A DNA stretch of 60,137 bases from NCBI GenBank assembly GCA_903833055.1, contig CAILDU010000048.1, positions 1-60,137 of the forward strand, given 5' to 3'. Origin of the DNA: an uncultured Verrucomicrobia subdivision 3 bacterium. Lineage in GTDB: Bacteria > Verrucomicrobiota > Verrucomicrobiia > Limisphaerales > UBA11358. Under the pieces are notes generated by a model, which was not told the origin of the DNA, did not search any database, and saw only the letters and a list, made by a program, of their open reading frames with translations. Shown one piece after another: positions 9,458 through 17,316 of this stretch. The position numbers and the translations under genes are program-made. The first letter of the stretch is position 1, and each line of letters opens with the position of its first letter.

Positions 9458-9883
9458 ATGAAAACGGCAACACGACTCAACTTTGCAGGAATGCCTAAAA
9501 GTTACACCGGGCTATGCCAGATTCTTACGCCGCGGCCCATTCACGACAAGGTGGATTTTGAGAACGTAACGGAAATTACTGACGCAATGGCCGGCCATAA
9601 ATTGACGGCAGATCAAGAGGACTACTTTGACCTGCTCTGCCAATTGATTGAGAACTACGAAAAAGAACACGGTCAACTGATTGCGCCCAAGGTGACTGGG
9701 CTGGAAATGTTGCAGCATCTTTTGGACGCGCATGACATGAGCGCGGCGGATCTGGCGCGTTTGCTGGAAGTTCACCGGACGCTTGGCGCGATGATTTTAC
9801 GCGGCGAACGCAAGCTGACACTGAATCACGTCCGCACCTTGTCGCGACGTTTTAATGTGTCCGGTGATTTATTTCTTAATTGA
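9458..9883 (+). CDS. higA: HigA-type HTH antitoxin / transcriptional regulator
   Basis: C-terminal Xre-type HTH (GLEMLQHLLDAHDMSAADLARLLEVHRTLGAMILRGERKLTLNHVRTLSRRFNVSGDLFL). It lies directly downstream of higB. Confidence 0.8.
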   Translation: MKTATRLNFAGMPKSYTGLCQILTPRPIHDKVDFENVTEITDAMAGHKLTADQEDYFDLLCQLIENYEKEHGQLIAPKVTGLEMLQHLLDAHDMSAADLARLLEVHRTLGAMILRGERKLTLNHVRTLSRRFNVSGDLFLN

Positions 9884-9901
9884 TGGCCGTCGTGACTTTG
9901 A

Positions 9902-11989
9902 CTACTTCGCATCCATTTTCCAGATGCCGTTCCAATTTTTTGGTGGATTCATGACGAGTTCGGCGCAGCGGGCGGATAAAGTTTTGCTCGGCCCGTCGGA
10001 AAATTCCTTGCCGATGGCGGCGAACATGATTTGCGCCTCGACGAAACGACCGAAGTGGTATTCGTCGAACGCTTTTTTATAGCGCGCGCAAATCTCCGTG
10101 AAGTTCGGCGGCGTGCACGGATTTTCACACTCGAACAATTCCACCGGCTCGCTCTTGCCTTTCACGATGACGCGGTCAATCAAGCGATGCTGACCCTGCG
10201 CGCTGAATTGCGCGAACGCGTCGCGCGTGACGAGCAGCCGCGCGCCGTAAAATTTCGTGAGCGCCTCGACGCGCGCGGCCTCGTTTACGGTGTCGCCGAC
10301 GAGGCCGTAATCGAGTCGCAGCGCCGAACCTTTGTTGCCCACCAACACGCCGCCCGCGTGCAGCGCAACACCGTAACCAAATAGTTTTTGCACTTCCGGC
10401 GTGAGCGTGGCGCGCAAATCTTCCATGGCGGAAATAAGTTTTTGCGCGGCGCGGCTGGCGCGGTCGGCGGCGTCCGGTTGTTTTTGCGGCGCGCCCCAGT
10501 AACTTAAAAATTGGTCGCCAAGAAAATGTTCGAGGTTGCCTTCCTCACCCATGATGGCGCTCGTCTGCGCTTCAAAAACTTGGTTGAGCAAATCGAACAT
10601 TCCTTTCGGGCCGAGCGCCTCGGCGAGCGGCGTGGAGTTTCGCAAATCGGTCAGCAGCAAAACCACGTCGGCGCGGCGCGGTTCCATTGAGCCGGGATCG
10701 GCGAGGACGGCTTCGAGCACGCGCGGCGAAAAATAAAGTCCCATCGTGTGCTTCAATTTCATTCGCTCCAGCCGTTCGACGACGAAATCGTAAACGAAGA
10801 CGACCAAGCCGCTCAACATCAGCACCAGCGTTGGCGGCACGACATGCATGGCTTCATTCGCCGAGCGCAAATGGTTCAATACAAAAAAAGTCAGAAACCA
10901 GTAAGCCGCGGTGACACCGACGACAATCAGCAGGCGTTTGAACGGTTGCTGGACGAGCAGGCAAAGCGCCCCAGCAATCACGCCCGACATGGCGGTTATG
11001 AATAAACAAGCCACCAATGAAGGTGCTTCGAGAAATTCGCCGTGCAGCGCGGCGTTGATAATTTGCAGATGAATTTCCGGCCCGGACATCGCTTTAGGAT
11101 CAAACGGCGTGTCATGAATATCTTGAAAAATTTCAGCGGTCGGGCCGATGAGAATAATTTTGCCCTTAAAAAATTTCCCGTTGTCGTAATTATGTTCCCA
11201 CAATTTTGGCGAAAGCACATCGCCAATGGGATGCGGCTGGTAGCCTTCGCCAGAGCGTGCGGTGTAGCGAAATAACCGGGCATCAAAGCCGGACGGGATG
11301 AGTTCTGGTCGGCCAAATTTGCGGAGCGCGCGGGCATCCATGGATTCGAGGACGGTTTGGGCGGGCAAAACATCACCGATTTGCGCGCCGGTCTGGCGGT
11401 AGCGCGCCCGCCGCAAGATGTCATCAAAATCGGGCCAGATGTTGACGTAACCCAGCCGGTCATCTTCCACTGGCGAATTGGTCTCGCTGATCTGAACTAC
11501 GGATGAATTGGGGAGCTGCAACTCCGTGAAATCACCGCGCCCGGTTTTTTTAGTGCTGATATTGTAGCCAATGATGACGCGGTCTTTGTATTTTTCGAGC
11601 GCGGCGCGCAGTTCGTCGTCGCCGTCGTTTTGCGAGGCGAAAACCAAGTCGAACATAATTACCTTTGCGCCTGCATCGGAAAGTTTTTCGATGAGCCGCG
11701 CCCAAACGGCGCGCGACCACGGAAAAGAATTTTGCAAATTTTTAAGGACGGGTTCGCGGCGAATTTCGTCGTCGCTGAAATCGGCGGCATAAACCGGCTT
11801 GTCAATACCGATGAGGACGAGGCGATCATCCATGGGCGTTTTGCGACCGAGCCGCGCCTGCCAGTCCTGCGCGGAAAATTCCATTTCCTGCAACGGCACA
11901 AACCCGCGCTGCCACAAAAATAAAAACACTAGCGTGCAGACCGCGCAGATGGCGAGGACGATGGCGGTGCGGCGGGCGGCGGGTTTCAT
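9902..11989 (-). CDS. CHASE2 sensor domain / class III adenylate (guanylate) cyclase
   Basis: N-terminal TM, a periplasmic CHASE2-like region, three TM helices, and a cyclase core (VVLLLTDLRNSTPLAE ... HFLGDQFLSYWGAP ... GLVGDTVNEAARVE). Confidence 0.9.
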   Translation of the reverse strand: MKPAARRTAIVLAICAVCTLVFLFLWQRGFVPLQEMEFSAQDWQARLGRKTPMDDRLVLIGIDKPVYAADFSDDEIRREPVLKNLQNSFPWSRAVWARLIEKLSDAGAKVIMFDLVFASQNDGDDELRAALEKYKDRVIIGYNISTKKTGRGDFTELQLPNSSVVQISETNSPVEDDRLGYVNIWPDFDDILRRARYRQTGAQIGDVLPAQTVLESMDARALRKFGRPELIPSGFDARLFRYTARSGEGYQPHPIGDVLSPKLWEHNYDNGKFFKGKIILIGPTAEIFQDIHDTPFDPKAMSGPEIHLQIINAALHGEFLEAPSLVACLFITAMSGVIAGALCLLVQQPFKRLLIVVGVTAAYWFLTFFVLNHLRSANEAMHVVPPTLVLMLSGLVVFVYDFVVERLERMKLKHTMGLYFSPRVLEAVLADPGSMEPRRADVVLLLTDLRNSTPLAEALGPKGMFDLLNQVFEAQTSAIMGEEGNLEHFLGDQFLSYWGAPQKQPDAADRASRAAQKLISAMEDLRATLTPEVQKLFGYGVALHAGGVLVGNKGSALRLDYGLVGDTVNEAARVEALTKFYGARLLVTRDAFAQFSAQGQHRLIDRVIVKGKSEPVELFECENPCTPPNFTEICARYKKAFDEYHFGRFVEAQIMFAAIGKEFSDGPSKTLSARCAELVMNPPKNWNGIWKMDAK

Positions 11990-12100
11990 CGTTTAGTTTT
12001 GGGTGAAAACGTAATGGTGTAGCAGGTTATTCATCGCTGGCAACCTTGACAATTTAATACAGGTGTTAAGTTGTTCTATTGATTCCACGGCGGCGCAAAC

Positions 12101-12949
12101 ATGAAAACTTTTCTTCTTCTGGCCGGCTTGGTCGTTTGCACCCGCGTGTCGGTGCTGGCGGTGACGCCGCTGACAGAAAGCACTTTTACGGAAATCATCC
12201 GCACGGCAGATGTGGTCGCCGCCGCCAATAAATCCGTGACGCCCGCCGTGACGAATAATGTTTTCAAAGCGCCGGACTTGGTTCGCACTGGGCCGGCTTC
12301 GCGCGTGGAAATGACCGCGCCAGATCAAACGATTACGCGCGTCGGGGCAAACACAGTTTTCACTTTTGAGCCGGGCGGCAGAAATATTTTATTGGAAAAA
12401 GGCAGCGTGTTATTTCATCCGCCCGCCGGTGTCGGCGGCGGCACGGTTCGGTATCGCGGCACGGCGGCGGCGGTGCTGGGGACGACGATGATTTGCGTGG
12501 TGCTGCCGGACGGCAGTTTCAAAATTCTCGACCTCGAAGGCCATGTGCAGGTGACGCTGAAAAACAATACTCAAATTTTGCTGGAGGCCGGGCAGATGGT
12601 GATTGTGTCGCCGGATGGAAATGTGTTCAGCGACGTAATGGTTTTTAATCTCCAAGAACTTGCATCGCGTTTGTTACTGGTCGTAGGTTTTTCAAATCCA
12701 TTGTCCTCGCTGCCGTTCATTGCCACGGCGATTCAACTGCAAAACGACCAGATTCTCGCTGGCACATTGCCCAACCTCGTGTCGTTTTTGGTAGCCAGCT
12801 TGGGGCTGGAAATAATGCCGCTCCGAAATTTGCCGCCGTGGATGGTGAACGCGCCCGACCACACGCAGGTTTATGTTTCGCCGGTCACTACGTTTCCCAT
12901 TCCCAACCAGCCGTGGTATTTCGATGTTCACCACGACTTCGACAATTGA
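12101..12949 (+). CDS. secreted FecR-domain protein (paralog 1)
   Basis: Signal peptide MKTFLLLAGLVVCTRVSVLA. FecR-like core RVEMTAPDQTITRVGANTVFTFEPGGRNILLEKGSVLFH. Confidence 0.8.
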   Translation: MKTFLLLAGLVVCTRVSVLAVTPLTESTFTEIIRTADVVAAANKSVTPAVTNNVFKAPDLVRTGPASRVEMTAPDQTITRVGANTVFTFEPGGRNILLEKGSVLFHPPAGVGGGTVRYRGTAAAVLGTTMICVVLPDGSFKILDLEGHVQVTLKNNTQILLEAGQMVIVSPDGNVFSDVMVFNLQELASRLLLVVGFSNPLSSLPFIATAIQLQNDQILAGTLPNLVSFLVASLGLEIMPLRNLPPWMVNAPDHTQVYVSPVTTFPIPNQPWYFDVHHDFDN

Positions 12950-12984
12950 CAAGCTCGGCGTATTCCACTAGAAATTTTCTTAAT

Positions 12985-13863
12985 ATGAAAAACGAATTTT
13001 TGTTATTCGTCGCCTTCGCCAGCTTGGCACTCCCACTCGTTGCCGCGCCGCTGACGGAAAGCACGTTCACGGAAATCGTCAATGACGTGAACACGGTGTC
13101 CGCTACTGGTGACGCGACGACGGCGAAGTCGGGCGACGTTTTGAAAGCGCCGCAGCGCGTTCGCACCGGTCCGTCGTCGCGTGCGGAACTTACCGCGCCG
13201 GATAAGACGATTACGCGCGTCGGCGCAAATACGGTTTTTTCCTACGCAGACAGCGGACGCACATTGAATTTGGAACAAGGCAACGTCCTCTTTCACGCGC
13301 CAAAAGGTCTCGGCGGCGGCACGATTAAATCCGGCGGTGCGGCGGCGGCGGTGCTCGGCACGTCGTTGATTGTATCAGCGACAACCGGCGGCGGGTTCAA
13401 AGTAATTTTGCTGGAAGGCAAAGGCAAAGTGACTTTGCCAAATGGAAATTCCGTTACGCTCAAAGCCGGACAGGAAGTTTTTGTGCTGCCGGGCGGAACG
13501 GAATTCAGCAAAGTTTTCACCATCAATTTGGACAAGCTCGTCGCCGGTTCGCAATTGGTGAAAGGTTTTTCGCATGACCTCTCGTCGTTGCCGCTGATTC
13601 TGCTCGCCGTTCAAGATCAAGATTCGCAAATCAAATCCGGCGCATCGTCGGACACCGGCCAGCCGCCGGAATTTTTCCTGCCGCCGTCGCCACCGGGCAA
13701 CGGCCAAAACGTCCTCGACCCCGCCACCTACAACACGGCGGCGCACTCGCCGCTGAACAACCGGCAGTTCCGTTCGCTAAATAACAACCCCAACCAAGGC
13801 ACGCCGCCGAGTAACGTCGGCCCCGGCGGTCGACCGTTTGGCAGCACTGGATTCCGTGGATAA
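12985..13863 (+). CDS. secreted FecR-domain protein (paralog 2) with a Pro/Gly-rich tail
   Basis: Start at the ATG at 12985 (MKNEFLLFVAFASLALPLVA). It shares PLTESTFTEI and RAELTAPDKTITRVGANTVFSY...GNVLFH with paralog 1. Confidence 0.8.
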   Translation: MKNEFLLFVAFASLALPLVAAPLTESTFTEIVNDVNTVSATGDATTAKSGDVLKAPQRVRTGPSSRAELTAPDKTITRVGANTVFSYADSGRTLNLEQGNVLFHAPKGLGGGTIKSGGAAAAVLGTSLIVSATTGGGFKVILLEGKGKVTLPNGNSVTLKAGQEVFVLPGGTEFSKVFTINLDKLVAGSQLVKGFSHDLSSLPLILLAVQDQDSQIKSGASSDTGQPPEFFLPPSPPGNGQNVLDPATYNTAAHSPLNNRQFRSLNNNPNQGTPPSNVGPGGRPFGSTGFRG

Positions 13864-13881
13864 TTTTTATATTTTCATTTT

Positions 13882-14910
13882 ATGAGCCTTAAAAAATATT
13901 TCCTCACGGCGGCTCTGGGATTGGTCGCGAGCGTGAGCGCCTTCGCACAAATGCCGAACGCCAGTCAGCAAGTGGATTCGCTACAACAGCGCCGCCAGTT
14001 GGAACAGTCCGCGCAAATGATGATTGCCTCCAACGCCGTGCCGGAACTTTACAGCGGCGAATCCAGCGATGTCGGCCCGCAGTCCGTGCTGCAAACCAAA
14101 ACGCGCCGCACTTACTTTCAGGCGTTTGCCGACGCGCAGTATTTCTACACGGACAACATGTTTCTCGCGAATCAGAAGAAGCAGGGCGCGGATGTCCTCG
14201 TCAGCACCGTGCAAGCCGCGCACGCGCCAACCGCGTATGATTTTGCGGACGGAAAATTTTCGCCGCGCCTCGGCTTCCAGCAGCAATGGTTCAACTACGG
14301 TTTGACCGGCCCGCAAACGGTGGATGCCTACAATTTCAGCACCCACACTTTCAGCCGCGCCAACCTTGACCAGTTTGATTTCAACGCCATGACCATTTTC
14401 AGCGACGTATCATGGAGTAAACAAAATTGGACTTTCACCGCTGGTGGTTTTTACCGCCAGCTCAACGACGCGCAAAACACCGACCAGTTTTATAACGAAT
14501 ACGTTCCGAACTGGGCGATTCGCTATGATTTATTTACGAGCGATAAAACCGCCTTGTCCATCGGCTACGAAGGTGATGCGCGCCTGACCGATACCGCCAG
14601 CGTGCCGCCGAAGACCGGTAGCAATTTTAACAACCGCGTGGACAACAGCCTCGTCGTCGCCGGCAGTTGGCGCTTGTGCCGCTACGCGATTTTGCAACCG
14701 TCCTACCGTTTTCAACAAACCCATTTCACCACCACTTGGCGCGATGATTATCTGAATTCTTTCGGCCTTGCGCTCTACATTCCGTTCAACGACTACGTCA
14801 CCCTGCGCGGCTACGTCAGCTACGACATTTTGAAGACCGATGGCTTCTACGTGGAAAACAGCGACACGCTCAACGCCGGTGTCGGCTTGAATCTCACTGT
14901 TCGTTTCTGA
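13882..14910 (+). CDS. putative outer-membrane beta-barrel protein
   Basis: Signal peptide ending AFAQ, alternating aromatic/polar beta-strand pattern, and a C-terminal LNLTVRF (terminal Phe). Confidence 0.65.
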   Translation: MSLKKYFLTAALGLVASVSAFAQMPNASQQVDSLQQRRQLEQSAQMMIASNAVPELYSGESSDVGPQSVLQTKTRRTYFQAFADAQYFYTDNMFLANQKKQGADVLVSTVQAAHAPTAYDFADGKFSPRLGFQQQWFNYGLTGPQTVDAYNFSTHTFSRANLDQFDFNAMTIFSDVSWSKQNWTFTAGGFYRQLNDAQNTDQFYNEYVPNWAIRYDLFTSDKTALSIGYEGDARLTDTASVPPKTGSNFNNRVDNSLVVAGSWRLCRYAILQPSYRFQQTHFTTTWRDDYLNSFGLALYIPFNDYVTLRGYVSYDILKTDGFYVENSDTLNAGVGLNLTVRF

Positions 14911-14917
14911 AATAAAT

Positions 14918-16504
14918 TTACTGCGCCGCGACCGGCGGCTTGTGGTAAGTGTGACACTCCGCGCAAGTGTCCGCCACGCCGCCACGCGGACTGTGGCACG
15001 TCGCGCATGTTTCCTTCGTGGGCAACAAAATATCCGCCGTGTTTTTACTGTGAACCGCGTCATGGCATTGCGTGCAGGCAATGTTTGTATGCTTCGCGTG
15101 ATTAAATTTCGCCTGCGCCAGCCAGCGTTCCGTCAGGATTGGCTTCGTAATTTCCGGCAACCCCGCGTTGGAATTTTTCACCTCGTGGCAATACGCACAG
15201 CCCGGAAAAATCGCGCGCGTCGCGCCACTCACATTCCCCACAATTATTTCCGGCGCAGTCGTAGCTGTGCTGAAGAAAATCCGTTTTTCCAAATCCTCGC
15301 CGCTGCCAAATTGCGTCCGTAAACCAGCGAGTTTCTTCGCTACGAAACCGTTCGCGTCTTCATCCCTGCCAGTCTGCGCGACTAAATTCATATATTGATT
15401 TGGCAGACTCCGTAAAAACGCCGACACAAATTCCGCGCTGCCATGCGGTAGTTGCAATTCCGGTGTTTGCGGATCGAATTGTAGCGAGTGACAAACGCGG
15501 CAGTTCGGCTCGAACGCCACCGGCTTCATGAACGCGCCCGCCGCATCCGGCGAATGACAAAACGCGCAGTCCAGCTTCGCGCCGCCGGGCAATTTCGGAA
15601 TCGTCGCGCCCGTCAGATGCAGCGCGTGATTAAATTTCAACGTGTCCGGATCGCGCAATTTTTCCGTGATAAAACGAAACTGCGGATGGTCGTCCGCAAA
15701 ATGGTTGATTGTTTCCGCTTTCCGCTTTCCGCTTTCCGCTTTTACCCCCGCCATCTTCGTCGCGTCGGCGTGGCAGAAATTGCAGTTCGCATCCGTCGTC
15801 GCTGCAATTTTTATTCCCTGATGTTCCGCGTGGCAGAATGTGCAGGAAATTTGCGCCGCATCCGGCTGATGCACATTTTTACCCGCGTGACATTTCAAGC
15901 ACGACGCATCAATCGCCGTTGGCTCGGCAGCTTTGGCGAGCGCGAGCTTCTTCAAATCCCAAATTCCCGGCTCCGCGTGCAGCGCAACATTTGCCATCCC
16001 ATTCGGTCCCAAATTCCCCGCGACGTGACACGCGCCACAGTTTTGATTCAAGTGATTCGTCACCGCCAGCGCCGCGAACGCCGCGCCGGAATGCGGACTG
16101 GAAATTGTTCCGGGGCTGATGAAATTATTCCGCCACGGCGGATTGCCCAGCACAACCAAAAGCACCGCGCACGATGCCGCGATGACCGCGAGCGTCACGC
16201 GCCCGCGCCAGACGCGCAACGTCGGCACCGGCGAACATTTGGCAATTGGCCGACAGCAACTTCCATTCGGCAGCGGGCCGGACTCGCATTCGCCGCCGGT
16301 GCGCGTGCAAATCCAGCGGCCTTTCGTTTCGCCTTCTTTAACTTTCAGGACGGGTTTGCACTCGGCGGTTGCGCGACAATTTCCTTTTTGATCCGGCCCA
16401 AGCCGACACGCATTGCCTTCGCACGCGTGACCGCAAATCCAGTTTTGATTTGGCCGCGCGTAGTTATGCGCGTCAAAATCCGGCGCGGGCAGTTGCTCGC
16501 TCAT
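14918..16504 (-). CDS. membrane-anchored decaheme c-type cytochrome with a Cys-rich N-terminal domain
   Basis: Ten CxxCH motifs: CGACH, CLKCH, CTFCH, CNFCH, CAFCH, CRVCH, CAYCH, CTQCH, CATCH, CAECH. One TM helix (VTLAVIAASCAVLLVVL) follows about 95 residues containing 10 Cys. The start at 16504 overlaps the upstream stop (ATGA). Confidence 0.9.
   Translation of the reverse strand: MSEQLPAPDFDAHNYARPNQNWICGHACEGNACRLGPDQKGNCRATAECKPVLKVKEGETKGRWICTRTGGECESGPLPNGSCCRPIAKCSPVPTLRVWRGRVTLAVIAASCAVLLVVLGNPPWRNNFISPGTISSPHSGAAFAALAVTNHLNQNCGACHVAGNLGPNGMANVALHAEPGIWDLKKLALAKAAEPTAIDASCLKCHAGKNVHQPDAAQISCTFCHAEHQGIKIAATTDANCNFCHADATKMAGVKAESGKRKAETINHFADDHPQFRFITEKLRDPDTLKFNHALHLTGATIPKLPGGAKLDCAFCHSPDAAGAFMKPVAFEPNCRVCHSLQFDPQTPELQLPHGSAEFVSAFLRSLPNQYMNLVAQTGRDEDANGFVAKKLAGLRTQFGSGEDLEKRIFFSTATTAPEIIVGNVSGATRAIFPGCAYCHEVKNSNAGLPEITKPILTERWLAQAKFNHAKHTNIACTQCHDAVHSKNTADILLPTKETCATCHSPRGGVADTCAECHTYHKPPVAAQ
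15713..15740. repeat. heptanucleotide micro-array (TTCCGCT)x4
   Basis: Four perfect tandem copies. In frame on the minus strand they encode KAESGKRKAE just after heme motif 4. Confidence 0.95.
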
Positions 16505-17316
16505 CGCGCACCTCCGGAAAATCCAAAGACCAAAATAATGTGTAGCGCGGTGAAAATCATCAGTCCGTAAGTCAGCGGAATGTGGACGAACAGCCACAAT
16601 CGCAACGCGAGTTGCAGCGCGCGGTGATAATCCAATCCGTCTTTCTGGCGGACGAGCGCGGTAAGTTTCTCAATCTTTTCTTTTTCCGCGTCGTTGGCAA
16701 AACGGCGCAGGTCGTCGAGTTCCGCGAGCAGCACGCTCACTTCACGCCGCGACTCGGCCAGATGGTTCCAGAAATTTTTCGGGCCGGCGAAAAATGGCGC
16801 GAGGCGTTTCGTGTAAAATTCCGCGATGACCAGTGATTTTGCATCCGCGCCGAGTGCCAGAGTTTCCGCTTCCGTTTTCAATGCATGACGAATGGTGGGA
16901 ATTTTTTCAAAGACAACTTCGCCGCCGCGCGTCGCGAGCCGACGCGGCAAAACACGGCTGAAAAATAATCCGACCATGCCGCTGCCGCTAACCAGAACGA
17001 ACAGCCACGCGAGCACGACCTCAAACCAGCCGTGCGGCGCGCGAAAATTCAGGTGGATGAGAAACAGCAGCGTTGTGAAAAAGCCGAGGTAGATGTGGAT
17101 TTGCAGCCACGTCTCAGATTTGCCGAGCGGCAGGAATGGCAGTTTTTTCCGCACGTTGTAGATCGTCAGCACGAACATTCCCGCGAGCAGCGCCCAGCCG
17201 GTGAGGTAAGCGTAATTCGGTAGCGCATTGTATTTTGCATTCAGCCACAACGCTCCTGCAGTTGCGGCAATCAGCGCGAGCAAACCAAAAATAAATTGTT
17301 GGCGGAAGCGATTCAT
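16501..17316 (-). CDS. polytopic membrane protein with two intramembrane His-x13-His pairs (candidate di-heme b cytochrome)
   Basis: The start at 17316 (MNRFRQQF) overlaps the upstream stop (ATGA). There are five hydrophobic helices. HIYLGFFTTLLFLIH and HIPLTYGLMIFTALH each lie within a TM helix. Confidence 0.7.
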   Translation of the reverse strand: MNRFRQQFIFGLLALIAATAGALWLNAKYNALPNYAYLTGWALLAGMFVLTIYNVRKKLPFLPLGKSETWLQIHIYLGFFTTLLFLIHLNFRAPHGWFEVVLAWLFVLVSGSGMVGLFFSRVLPRRLATRGGEVVFEKIPTIRHALKTEAETLALGADAKSLVIAEFYTKRLAPFFAGPKNFWNHLAESRREVSVLLAELDDLRRFANDAEKEKIEKLTALVRQKDGLDYHRALQLALRLWLFVHIPLTYGLMIFTALHIILVFGFSGGAR

